This document shows, one piece after another, positions 36,698-46,388 of a stretch of 64,000 bases of DNA. The stretch lies in the IMG/VR virus record IMGVR_UViG_3300020160_000328, positions 33,778-97,777 of that record; one strand, 5' to 3'. The first letter of the stretch is position 1. Each line of letters opens with the position of its first letter. Origin of the DNA: a virus. Both the position numbers and the translations under genes were made by a program. The notes beneath the pieces are model-generated. The model was not told the origin of the DNA. It ran no database searches and saw only the letters and a program-made list of their open reading frames with translations.

Positions 36698-37857
36698 TGA
36701 ATTTCATAGATATTTATAGTGAAATAGCACAGAATAAAGAAAATCATAATCAAGGTTACTTTAATTGTATTCCCTTTATGGGTATGGAGAGATTAGAAAG
36801 GTTAATACCTGGTATAGAACAAGATACTTACTACTTATTAACAGCTTCATCAGGAGTTGGTAAATCAAAGTTAGCAAGATATTTATTTATACATAATCCT
36901 TATCAATACATTAAAACTCATCCTGAAAGTGATATTCAGTTAACCATAAAATATTTCAGTTTAGAAGAATCTAAGAAGAAAATTATATTAGCTGAAATTT
37001 CTAAATATCTGTTTACAAAATATGGTTTAGTGTATTCTGTAAAACAATTACAATCTAGAGGTAGGTATAATACCATAGATGTAGAAACTTTAGAAAAGAT
37101 TAAAGAAGCAGAAGTTTATGTAGATGAATTTTTAAAGACTGTAGACATTGTAGACAGTATAAGAAATCCTACAGGTATTTATAAGTATGTTAGAGATTTT
37201 GCTTTAACAATAGGAACTTACTATGATAAGAATGGTATACCCTTAACTCCAGAAGAAGTTGAAAGAGTTAAAGCTGCTAAAGAAGGTGATCAGACTTATA
37301 AAAAGATTTCATATTATAAAAAGCATAATCCAAAACATTATGTTATAATACTAACTGACCATATTTCTTTACTGCAACCCGAAGCAGGTCTTACTCAATG
37401 GCAAACTATGGCTAAATACAGCTCAGATTATTGTTTACATATGAGAGATAAGTTTGGATTTATTCCTGTAAATGTACAACAACAAGCTTCTGCAAAGGAA
37501 CAAGTTGAGTATAATTATAAAGGTAAATCTATAGATGAAAAGTTAGAGCCTAGTTTAGATGGATTAGGTGATAATAAAACTACTCAAAGAGATGCTAATG
37601 TAGTATTAGGTCTTTTTGCTCCTGATAGATACAGTATAACAGAACACAATGGTTATGATGTAGGTTTCTTTAAGGATAAGTATAGATCTTTAAACTTATT
37701 AAAAGATAGAGATGGAGTTTCTAACAAAAAATTACCATTGTTTTTCAATGGTGCAGTAGATTTTTTCAAGGAATTACCTAGAGCAGAAGATGGTGTAGGT
37801 CTTGGAAAAGTTTATGAATATATAAATCAACTAAATCAACTAAATCAATTAAGTTAA
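36697..37857 (+). CDS. DnaB-like replicative helicase
   Basis: ASSGVGKS, FSLEE, LTDHISLL, QQQ, RDANVVLGL, KDRDG. Confidence 0.85.
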   Translation: MNFIDIYSEIAQNKENHNQGYFNCIPFMGMERLERLIPGIEQDTYYLLTASSGVGKSKLARYLFIHNPYQYIKTHPESDIQLTIKYFSLEESKKKIILAEISKYLFTKYGLVYSVKQLQSRGRYNTIDVETLEKIKEAEVYVDEFLKTVDIVDSIRNPTGIYKYVRDFALTIGTYYDKNGIPLTPEEVERVKAAKEGDQTYKKISYYKKHNPKHYVIILTDHISLLQPEAGLTQWQTMAKYSSDYCLHMRDKFGFIPVNVQQQASAKEQVEYNYKGKSIDEKLEPSLDGLGDNKTTQRDANVVLGLFAPDRYSITEHNGYDVGFFKDKYRSLNLLKDRDGVSNKKLPLFFNGAVDFFKELPRAEDGVGLGKVYEYINQLNQLNQLS

Positions 37858-37858
37858 A

Positions 37859-38572
37859 ATGGCAAATGCAATTGCAATTGTGGGAGATACAGGAACTGGT
37901 AAATCAAGTTCTATAATGCCAGATGAATCAATAGGAGTATTAGGATTAGATCCTAAAGAAACCTTTATTATCAATATAAAGGATAAACCACTTCCTATGA
38001 GAGGATATCAGAGACATTATATACCTATACCAACTGGAGCACCTCCTACAACAGGAAATTATTTCGCATCAACAGATGCACAAGCTATTATTAAAGTAAT
38101 GTATTACATTGGTACAAGTAGACCTGATATCAGGAATATTGTATTAGATGATGCACAATATATTATGTCTGAAGAGTTCATGGCTAATGCCTTGAAAGCT
38201 GGATATGATAAATTTAATAAAATGGCTAAGAACATGTATGATGTTATTAATACAGGTTTATCTCTACCAAGAGAAAAGAACTTTATATTATTAACACATT
38301 CAGAAGAAAGTGAAGGTAAAACAGATATTAAAACATTGGGTAAAATGTTAAGTGACAAAGTTAACTTAGCAGGTTTATTTACAGTTGTATTATATACAAA
38401 TGTAAAGACTAATTCTCAAGGTTCTACATATAGTTTTATTACTAATCAACATATTGATGAGAGAGGTACATATATTATGGCTAAATCTCCTAGAGGTATG
38501 TTTCCAGAGAAACTTATTCCTAATGATATGGGATATGTTTTAAAACAAATAGAAGAATATAATCAAGGATAA
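37859..38572 (+). CDS. AAA_24/Sak4-like ATPase
   Basis: GDTGTGKS, VLDDAQY, AKSP.GMF...IPND. Confidence 0.8.
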   Translation: MANAIAIVGDTGTGKSSSIMPDESIGVLGLDPKETFIINIKDKPLPMRGYQRHYIPIPTGAPPTTGNYFASTDAQAIIKVMYYIGTSRPDIRNIVLDDAQYIMSEEFMANALKAGYDKFNKMAKNMYDVINTGLSLPREKNFILLTHSEESEGKTDIKTLGKMLSDKVNLAGLFTVVLYTNVKTNSQGSTYSFITNQHIDERGTYIMAKSPRGMFPEKLIPNDMGYVLKQIEEYNQG

Positions 38573-38573
38573 A

Positions 38574-38897
38574 ATGGCAGATGTAAAAATTGTACCTAGT
38601 GTACTAAAACAACAAGTAGAAGAAGGTTGGAAATTAAAACCTCTAGCTGAACATTATGGTCTTCCTGTAGCACAAATGAAGAAAGCTCTACAAGCTTTAG
38701 ATTTGACTATTAGAAAATTCCACTTACCAAAGTTTGAATTTGTAAATGAAGATCAAGAAGAAGTACAAGTTATTGAAGATATTAATGATACAGTAGTATT
38801 AGAAGTTGAAGAAGTAGTTGTACAAGAACCAGTAGTTGAAACACCAGAACAACCAACTGTAGAATCAGTAACTGCGGGAGCAGAAACTGCATGGTAA
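38574..38897 (+). CDS. Hypothetical protein (HTH-like N-terminus, acidic tail)
   Basis: Ends AGAETAW. Confidence 0.5.
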   Translation: MADVKIVPSVLKQQVEEGWKLKPLAEHYGLPVAQMKKALQALDLTIRKFHLPKFEFVNEDQEEVQVIEDINDTVVLEVEEVVVQEPVVETPEQPTVESVTAGAETAW

Positions 38898-38918
38898 TAA
38901 TTAATTAAAATTTTATAT

Positions 38919-39650
38919 ATGTACGGATACACAGATTCAAATGATGTAGCACCTGGAAAATCAGGTGGAAGATTTGGTTTAAACACAGGAGCTTTTGTAA
39001 CTAAATTTGAGTATAACTCAAATGCTGGAGCAGCTGGAGCAGCAGGTGATGCTATTGACTTAACAGTACAAGTAGGAGAGAAAGAATTTAGACATAGATT
39101 CTTCCCAGTTACTAAAGTCTTTGCAAAAAATAATGGAGGAGAAATTACAGACACTAATTCTGTAGAGTATAAAGAGGAACAAAAGAAAGTACTTGATGTA
39201 TTTAGTGCAGTATTATCTGATGTTGTTAAATGTTTTGTTGATGAGGAAACTCTTAAAGCAGCTTTAGCAACTCCAATTCCTACTTTTAAAGCTTATGCTG
39301 AAATATTACAAAGATTAGTACAAAGTACACCTAATTGGCAAAAAGTACCAGTTGATGTGTTTTTACAATATCAATATAAACCATCAGGTGAGAATGATAG
39401 AAGTTATTTAGAATTACCTAAATATGCTAAAACATACCACGGATTGTTTATTACTAAGTCTTTAGGACAAGGTTTTATTGAAGATAAAACTCCTACTCAC
39501 TTAAGATATGCAACAGCAGAAGGATTAGAACACCCTTTCAAAAGAGGTGAGTGGTTTATGGGTTCTGATTTTGCTAAACAAACTTTTGTAGGTAATGCAA
39601 CACCAACAGGTGCTCCAGCAATGTCTACAGCAGGTGAAACAGCTTGGTAA
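38919..39650 (+). CDS. Putative ssDNA-binding protein
   Basis: Position between the Sak4-like and primase genes; flexible tail ending in Trp. Confidence 0.5.
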   Translation: MYGYTDSNDVAPGKSGGRFGLNTGAFVTKFEYNSNAGAAGAAGDAIDLTVQVGEKEFRHRFFPVTKVFAKNNGGEITDTNSVEYKEEQKKVLDVFSAVLSDVVKCFVDEETLKAALATPIPTFKAYAEILQRLVQSTPNWQKVPVDVFLQYQYKPSGENDRSYLELPKYAKTYHGLFITKSLGQGFIEDKTPTHLRYATAEGLEHPFKRGEWFMGSDFAKQTFVGNATPTGAPAMSTAGETAW

Positions 39651-39661
39651 GAAAGTAGAAT

Positions 39662-40720
39662 ATGTATGGTTATAATGAATATGTACCTTTAAGTACAGAA
39701 GAAATTTTAAAAAGAGTTTCTCAAGAAGACATATTTAAAATAGTCATAGAAAAAAAGATCATCTTAGATAAGGGTGCTTTGTATAAAGCCCCTTATAGGG
39801 ATGATAACAATGGAGATTGTTATTTTGAGTATTTTGAGAATAAGTTACTCTTTATAGATTTTGGAGATCCTGATAACTTAAAAGCTAGTAGTGATTGTTT
39901 TTATTTTATAAAGAAATGTTTCAAATTAAATAATCTATATGAAGTATGCTTACACATTAATAATCATTTTAAACTTGGACTAGGTGATAGTTCAGGTGCT
40001 GCAAAGCAAATTAATGTAGAAAATAGCATACCAGTAGAAGAGAGTTTTTATAAGAACATTAAAAGGAATAGAACTATCACCTATACTCCAAGAGTATTTG
40101 ACAGCAAAGATAAGAAATTTTGGAGTAAATATGGTATTACCAAACAAAATCTTATTGATGATAAAGTTATTCCTATAACTTTATATAGAGCTTTTTCTAA
40201 GAAAGGAGAACCTTTTATAATAAAACCTTTTGATGAATTATATGCTTATACAGATTTTTCAGATAATAGAGTAAAAATATATAGACCATACTCACCAGAT
40301 AAGCAAGGTAAGTGGTTTACAAATTGTAACCAAGATGATATAGGTTGTATAGATTTTTTACCATTATCAGGAGATTTGTTAGTTATAACTAAAAGTTATA
40401 AAGATTGTAGAGTATTAAGAAACCAAGGACTTAACTGTATATGGTTTCAAAATGAAGGTATGATACCTAATAGCTCTATAATAAAAATGCTGTGTAAAAG
40501 ATTTACAAGAATAGTAGTATGGTTTGATAATGACCAAGTAGGTTTAGCTAAAGGTAGAATGGTAAAGGATTATATAAATTCAATATATCCAAACAAAGCT
40601 ACTACTCTTACATTACCACCAATATTACTATTAGAAGATATTAAAGATCCATCTGATTACACAGCAGCTTTTGGGACTGAGGAGCTAAACAAATTTTTAA
40701 AACAAAATAAATTATTATGA
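39662..40720 (+). CDS. DNA primase (crAss-type TOPRIM)
   Basis: APYR.D, ITKSYKD, FDND..G, KDPSD. Confidence 0.82.
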   Translation: MYGYNEYVPLSTEEILKRVSQEDIFKIVIEKKIILDKGALYKAPYRDDNNGDCYFEYFENKLLFIDFGDPDNLKASSDCFYFIKKCFKLNNLYEVCLHINNHFKLGLGDSSGAAKQINVENSIPVEESFYKNIKRNRTITYTPRVFDSKDKKFWSKYGITKQNLIDDKVIPITLYRAFSKKGEPFIIKPFDELYAYTDFSDNRVKIYRPYSPDKQGKWFTNCNQDDIGCIDFLPLSGDLLVITKSYKDCRVLRNQGLNCIWFQNEGMIPNSSIIKMLCKRFTRIVVWFDNDQVGLAKGRMVKDYINSIYPNKATTLTLPPILLLEDIKDPSDYTAAFGTEELNKFLKQNKLL

Positions 40721-41409
40721 ATCCAAAAGAAAAAATACATTCTTCGTGGCTACCATTAATAGATAGTATTATAGAAGCAGATAATATGTTAAAAGAATTA
40801 AATACCTCAGTATTACCTAATGTAAGGTATTACCCTGAAGTACAAGATATTTTTAATGTATTTCAGATGCCTGTAGAGGATATAAAAGTAGTAATACTAG
40901 GTCAAGATCCTTATCCAAATGAAGGTCAAGCTATAGGTTATGCTTTTGCAGTATCAGAAGAAACAACTATACCAGCATCCTTAAGAATAATACAAAGAGA
41001 AGTAGGTCATAATATTGACAAAACACTTCAATCTTGGAGAGAGCAAGGTGTATTTCTTTTAAATACAGCTCTAACAGTAGAAGCTAAAAATGCAGGTAGT
41101 CATTTACAGTATTGGGAGAACTTTACCCAAAAAGTTTTAGAATTTATTTCTAAAACAAACCCTTGTATATGGTTATTGTGGGGTAAAAAAGCACAAGTAT
41201 ACAAGTCTTTCTTGGAGAGTCCTACTGTACAGGTAACTAGTATTAAAACAGTACCTACATTAGGAACAAAAATGAACCACATATTAGTAGCAGCACATCC
41301 TGCTGCTGAAACATATAGTGGAGGAACAGCAGGGTTTCTTGGCTGCAATCACTTTAATATAGTGAATGAAATATTAAGAAACACAAACAAAAGTACAATT
41401 AATTGGTAA
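40717..41409 (+). CDS. ung: Uracil-DNA glycosylase family 1
   Basis: VVILGQDPY, GVFLLNTALTV, LWG, HP. Confidence 0.93.
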   Translation: MNPKEKIHSSWLPLIDSIIEADNMLKELNTSVLPNVRYYPEVQDIFNVFQMPVEDIKVVILGQDPYPNEGQAIGYAFAVSEETTIPASLRIIQREVGHNIDKTLQSWREQGVFLLNTALTVEAKNAGSHLQYWENFTQKVLEFISKTNPCIWLLWGKKAQVYKSFLESPTVQVTSIKTVPTLGTKMNHILVAAHPAAETYSGGTAGFLGCNHFNIVNEILRNTNKSTINW

Positions 41410-41428
41410 ATTTAAAAAAATAAATATC

Positions 41429-41728
41429 ATGGCAACAGTAGTAGCAAAACCAACTTATTTAGAATTAATTTCTAAAGATGAAAAATCAGTAAAAGTAGAA
41501 GCTTTAAAATTAAAAGCACAAGAAGCTGGATTAGAAGTAACTAGAGAAATCTTTAACATCAAAACAAGAATCTCTAACAAAAACAATGAATTAGTATCTG
41601 CTCAAAGAGCTATGCCTTATTCAGTAGCTAAAGAATATGCAATCACTAAAGAAGTTGCTGAATTACAAGCACAATTAGAGTTTGTTCAAGCTATCAAAGA
41701 AGAAAGATTCAGTGATGCTGCAATCTAA
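41429..41728 (+). CDS. Coiled-coil hypothetical protein
   Basis: Helical heptad pattern. Confidence 0.55.
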   Translation: MATVVAKPTYLELISKDEKSVKVEALKLKAQEAGLEVTREIFNIKTRISNKNNELVSAQRAMPYSVAKEYAITKEVAELQAQLEFVQAIKEERFSDAAI

Positions 41729-41757
41729 GAAGTAATTAATTATTAAGTATATATACA

Positions 41758-42177
41758 ATGAGAAAGATTAAAATTTATTCTACAGTAGGAGTTTCAGGTA
41801 CAATTGAAACTGATGTTAGAACATTAGCAGAGTTAAAACCTTTGTTAAGACAAAGAGAGATTAACTATGATGGTATGAGATTACTTGTAGGAGATACAAG
41901 AAATGAATTATCTATAGATGAAGCTCAACTTCCTGAAACTGATTTCAAACTTTATTTAATGCCAGAGAAAACAAAATCTGGTGGTAATAAAGAAGATATT
42001 TTAAATGAAATATCAGAAACATTTTCAGATTTAGCTGATGCTTTTTCAAGATTAGCTGATGCAGAGAGTGATGAACCTTCAACACAAGCTTATTCTTCTC
42101 CAAGTGCAACAAAAGCAGTGACTTTTGAAGACATGGAAGCAATGGAGGATATTAAAAGATTGAATGGTGGGTTCTAA
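41758..42177 (+). CDS. Putative ubiquitin-like (beta-grasp) precursor
   Basis: 76-aa N-terminal domain ending KTKSGG, then an acidic extension; upstream of E2/JAB/E1-like genes. Confidence 0.6.
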   Translation: MRKIKIYSTVGVSGTIETDVRTLAELKPLLRQREINYDGMRLLVGDTRNELSIDEAQLPETDFKLYLMPEKTKSGGNKEDILNEISETFSDLADAFSRLADAESDEPSTQAYSSPSATKAVTFEDMEAMEDIKRLNGGF

Positions 42178-42202
42178 TGAAAATAAGAACTATTAAAATT
42201 AA

Positions 42203-42228
42203 GAGAGCTTATTAAGCTCTCTTTTTTC
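42203..42228 (+). terminator. Intrinsic terminator after the Ubl-like gene
   Basis: aagagagctt-att-aagctctctt plus T run. Confidence 0.75.
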
Positions 42229-42242
42229 TTATATTACTTACA

Positions 42243-43355
42243 ATGAATAGAATAGAAAAGGTAGAAAACAGTTTAAAATCCAAAGGAACAATAAGAAACT
42301 TTGGTTTCATATTAAAACAATATGAAAAAGGTAGGTTGTATATAGGAGGTAATAAAGTTAATTCTAAAAGAAAATTTGAACAATTTAGGCTACTAGTTAG
42401 ATTACTAAATGAAGTATATGAAGGTAAATGGGATATAGACTTTAAGATCACTCAGTTAGATGAATCTAAATTAGGTCTTAATGTATTAGGTCCAATCATA
42501 CATTTTCCTGAAGTAACTATAACTAATAGAGATAATAAGTCACATAATATTAAAGACTTATTTGTTAGAATATCAATGGCTACTCATAATAGTAATCTTT
42601 ATATAGCAGAAATACAAGGAGGTAGAACTACTTATACTTATGCAGAAGTATCTTCAGATTATTCACATAGTCATTTGCCTGGAACTCATATAAGTAGTGG
42701 GAGACCATTACCATATTTTAATAGATTTTGTACAGGTTCAGGTCATATAAATGATTTTATAGCTGAGATAAATGCAGGAGAAGTTACAGAAACTAACTTA
42801 ACAAGATTGCTTGTTCAAATAATAGGATTAGTTAGTTATGAATCTATAGAAGGAACTCCACATAGAAATATGAGAAACATTTTTATAAGAACACAAAGTG
42901 GAAGACATTATAGTCATTCTATACAAAGAAACTTAGAGTTATATAGAAGATTAATAGGTTATTATAAAGTTTATGATGGACCTATACCTTTAGAATTTAT
43001 ACTAGAGAATGGTAAATATAAATTAAAAGATGATACTTCATTTGAATCTTTCTTACAAACTATAGAATTTACAGAATCTGAAAAAGGTTATTATCTAGCT
43101 TTAATAGATGAAACAGGACAAGCATATGCTTATGGACAACCTCCAGGTTATGCAGATTTAAGATTACCAGTAGGACAAACTTTCATATTTAGAAATGAAG
43201 TTAAAACATTAGTTGTAACTAATCCTCCTACACAGATAACAAACATTGAATATAAAATACATCCTAAAGTAAAAGAGGATATTAAAAAAGAAATTGAATA
43301 TGATATCAACAAAAAGTCAGTTAGAAAGAGTACAATTGACAGATACTCAAATTAA
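42243..43355 (+). CDS. Putative prokaryotic E2-like protein
   Basis: HSHLPG-x13-FCTG resembles the E2 flap-His plus catalytic Cys arrangement. Confidence 0.5.
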   Translation: MNRIEKVENSLKSKGTIRNFGFILKQYEKGRLYIGGNKVNSKRKFEQFRLLVRLLNEVYEGKWDIDFKITQLDESKLGLNVLGPIIHFPEVTITNRDNKSHNIKDLFVRISMATHNSNLYIAEIQGGRTTYTYAEVSSDYSHSHLPGTHISSGRPLPYFNRFCTGSGHINDFIAEINAGEVTETNLTRLLVQIIGLVSYESIEGTPHRNMRNIFIRTQSGRHYSHSIQRNLELYRRLIGYYKVYDGPIPLEFILENGKYKLKDDTSFESFLQTIEFTESEKGYYLALIDETGQAYAYGQPPGYADLRLPVGQTFIFRNEVKTLVVTNPPTQITNIEYKIHPKVKEDIKKEIEYDINKKSVRKSTIDRYSN

Positions 43356-44550
43356 GGTAATAATGCCTGAAAGAATCCTACATCAAATACAATATTTATG
43401 TAGAGATATAGCTAAAGTAGAATGGTCAGGTATATTATTCTATAGTATAGAAGGTTCTATTAAAGATCCAGCAAATATGGTAATTACATTAGAAGATATT
43501 TTACCTATGCACAAAGGAACATCAACTTTTACTGAATATAGTTTTGATGAAAGAGTTGTAGAGCATATGATGGATAATGAACATTTAGAAGATTGTAAAA
43601 TAGGACATATCCATTCACATAATACAATGGGAGTATTCTTCTCAGGTACAGATTGGTCTGAATTAGAAGATAATGCACCTAATCATAATATCTATCTTTC
43701 ATTGATTGTAAATAACTTTATGGATTTTTGTGCTAAAGTATGTTTTATAGCAGAAACAGAAGAAACTAAAGAGTTTAATTTCCAAGCTAAAGATGAAAAT
43801 GGAGGTAAGTATGTTTATAAAACAGAAAACTTTGAAGTTAAAACTAAAAAATTAGTAACTTATGATTGTGCTATTAGTTCTCCTAAAAATGATATTAGTG
43901 TAGATGATAACTTTAAAGAAAAAGTAGCTGCTATTATAGCAAAAGCTGAAATTAAAGTTGCACCTGCTACTACTTACTACACAGGAGCTAAAGATAAAGG
44001 TATGGATGCTTGGGATTCTAGAAGTTTCAATGATATACCTGCTACTAAAGGTGGTTGGAGTAGAAATCAACAACAAGCTCATAACAATAAAAAACCTTCT
44101 TGGGATTGGAGAGATCAATTAAGAGATTTGACTAAACCTACAGAAAAGAAATTACCTATACAAGGTATGATGATATCTGAAGCAGCTTATGATGAAGTAC
44201 TTGAAGACTTTTGTTTGTTTGTATTAAATACAGGTAATAGTACAGAAGACTTTGCTGATATAGAAGATGTAGTTGAGTTTTATGCAAAAAGAAATGTAAC
44301 TCCTAATGCTTTAGCTAAAAATGTTTTAGAGAAATATGTGGATGTTTACAAAAAATATTTTGATAAATTACCTTCAGTAGAAAATCCTAAAACAATTGTA
44401 TCTATAGCTGAATCTGTTATAGAGTTATTACAACATGAAGCAGATACAAGTACTATGATAGGTTTAGAGAACATGCTAAAACCTACAATTGATGGTTTAA
44501 CAAGAATGTGTGTAGAAATAGAGAATTATGAATTATTTACAAGTATTTAA
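43300..44550 (+). CDS. JAB/MPN+ metallo-isopeptidase
   Basis: EWSG ... HIHSHNTMGVFFSGTD (E-HxH-x7-S-x2-D). Confidence 0.85.
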   Translation: MISTKSQLERVQLTDTQIKVIMPERILHQIQYLCRDIAKVEWSGILFYSIEGSIKDPANMVITLEDILPMHKGTSTFTEYSFDERVVEHMMDNEHLEDCKIGHIHSHNTMGVFFSGTDWSELEDNAPNHNIYLSLIVNNFMDFCAKVCFIAETEETKEFNFQAKDENGGKYVYKTENFEVKTKKLVTYDCAISSPKNDISVDDNFKEKVAAIIAKAEIKVAPATTYYTGAKDKGMDAWDSRSFNDIPATKGGWSRNQQQAHNNKKPSWDWRDQLRDLTKPTEKKLPIQGMMISEAAYDEVLEDFCLFVLNTGNSTEDFADIEDVVEFYAKRNVTPNALAKNVLEKYVDVYKKYFDKLPSVENPKTIVSIAESVIELLQHEADTSTMIGLENMLKPTIDGLTRMCVEIENYELFTSI

Positions 44551-44552
44551 TT

Positions 44553-45290
44553 ATGACAGAAACACAATCAAGTAGATTTAAAGATGCACCTTGGTTTCCT
44601 AAAGAAGACACTTATGTAGTTATAGGTGGTGCTGGTGGAATAGGTTCTTGGTTAACTGTTCTTTTATCAAGAGCAGGTTATTTACCTATCATATATGACT
44701 TTGATACAATTGAAGAGCATAATATGGGAGGACAACTATTTCCTAAAAGGCTTATAGGTAAAACTAAAGTAGAAGCTTTAAAAGAAATTACTAAAGACTT
44801 CACTGATACTGAAATTACAGCTAATAATGAGAGATATGATGTAAATACTATGTCACATCATTATGTATTCTCTGCATTTGACAATATGCAAGCTAGAAAA
44901 GATATGTTTGAAGCTTGGTGTAATTATGTAAGACAATGGCTAATAGATGTAGAAAAAGTAAAATCAGATAGTGGAGAGACTTTTGATGAAGCTTATATAT
45001 CTAATGAACCTGTCTTTATTGATGGTAGACTTACTATGGAACAATTACAAATATTCTGTGTAACTCCTGATAAGATAGCTCAATATAAAGAACATATCTT
45101 TGATGATAAGGAAGTACCAGATGCACCTTGTACATTAAAACAAACCTCTCATAGTGCATCTATGATAGCATCACATATGACAGCATTTTTTACTAATCAT
45201 ATGGCTAATAATGCAGTAGGGGAAAAAGATAGAGCATTACCATTTATGTGGGAATACTTTATACCAATTAACTACATAAACGAACAATAA
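44553..45290 (+). CDS. ThiF/E1-like adenylyltransferase
   Basis: IGGAGGIGS, DFDTIEEHN, KVEA, FDN, DGR; candidate catalytic Cys in APCT. Confidence 0.9.
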   Translation: MTETQSSRFKDAPWFPKEDTYVVIGGAGGIGSWLTVLLSRAGYLPIIYDFDTIEEHNMGGQLFPKRLIGKTKVEALKEITKDFTDTEITANNERYDVNTMSHHYVFSAFDNMQARKDMFEAWCNYVRQWLIDVEKVKSDSGETFDEAYISNEPVFIDGRLTMEQLQIFCVTPDKIAQYKEHIFDDKEVPDAPCTLKQTSHSASMIASHMTAFFTNHMANNAVGEKDRALPFMWEYFIPINYINEQ

Positions 45291-45291
45291 A

Positions 45292-45975
45292 ATGGTTTTA
45301 AATAATATAATATCTTTTAACTTACCACAAATGAGAAACAGCAATGGTAGTTATGTGAATGGTTTTAGACCAGAAGATTTTAGAACTGATTTAATTGGAA
45401 CTTCAGATTGTAATTTATTTATACCTTTTTTTGGTTTATTAAATCACAATCTTATAACTTTTAACAATAAACCTGATTTAAAAATACTAGAGTATTCTAA
45501 GCCAGTGTATAGAACAGCTAGTTATCATAGAAGTTATGATAGATTAATTAATTATTTTGCAACAGGTAGTACACCTTGCTCTTTTATATTTAAGATAGCA
45601 GGTGTAGAACATAAAGTACATACTCATAGAGGTGTACTTTATGATAATGATGGTGACATCTTAATGTGTTTAGCTATTGAAAAAGAATATGCTTTAAATA
45701 CACCAATAGATGTATTAACTAATAGTTTAGATAATACTAAAATAGTATTGTTTATATCTACAAAGTTTGATTTACCTATTTACAAAAACATTAAGAAGAA
45801 AATGGACACTACATATGTGTCTAATTGTAGAAGAGCAGGAATTGATGTTATGACTACAGTTAGAATAAATGATTGGTTATTTAAAAACAATTTTAAATTA
45901 CCTAAATTCAGAAATGTGTTAGAGTCTATTAAACATTTAAAAGAAGAAGTTCCTAAAAATCTACTAATAGATTAA
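45292..45975 (+). CDS. Hypothetical protein
   Basis: ORF track. Confidence 0.5.
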   Translation: MVLNNIISFNLPQMRNSNGSYVNGFRPEDFRTDLIGTSDCNLFIPFFGLLNHNLITFNNKPDLKILEYSKPVYRTASYHRSYDRLINYFATGSTPCSFIFKIAGVEHKVHTHRGVLYDNDGDILMCLAIEKEYALNTPIDVLTNSLDNTKIVLFISTKFDLPIYKNIKKKMDTTYVSNCRRAGIDVMTTVRINDWLFKNNFKLPKFRNVLESIKHLKEEVPKNLLID

Positions 45976-45977
45976 AT

Positions 45978-46388
45978 ATGGAAGAAGTAAAAAAGAAAAG
46001 TTATGGTAAAACTAACAAAAGAAAAGGTTCAGATGCAGAAAGACACTTTGCCAAAATATTCAGAGAGTTAGGTTTTACTCATTGTAAGACCTCAAGAATG
46101 GGTTCTAAGCTACATGATGATGCTGGAATAGATTTGATATTTGTACCTTTAAATGTACAGATTAAAGCAGGAAAACAAGTAGGATTAAATGCTAGTAGGG
46201 AATTAGAATACATTCAAAACAGAATGATAGAGCTTTTTCCTCCAACATCTATAGAACATAGTTTACCTAAAATTTTAATCCACAAGAAAGAAGTAGGTCA
46301 GGGTAAAAAAAGAGGAGAATTTGATGATATAGTAGCTATGTCATTTAAAGACTTCGTATTATTAATTCAAAAGATAGAAAAATGGTAA
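45978..46388 (+). CDS. Holliday junction resolvase-like PD-(D/E)XK nuclease
   Basis: KGSDAER ... GIDL ... VQIK. Confidence 0.75.
   Translation: MEEVKKKSYGKTNKRKGSDAERHFAKIFRELGFTHCKTSRMGSKLHDDAGIDLIFVPLNVQIKAGKQVGLNASRELEYIQNRMIELFPPTSIEHSLPKILIHKKEVGQGKKRGEFDDIVAMSFKDFVLLIQKIEKW

Noticed and set aside
44553-45290. ThiF as a thiamine or molybdopterin biosynthesis gene
   Set aside because: No ThiS/ThiG/MoaE context; neighbours are JAB, E2-like and Ubl-like genes
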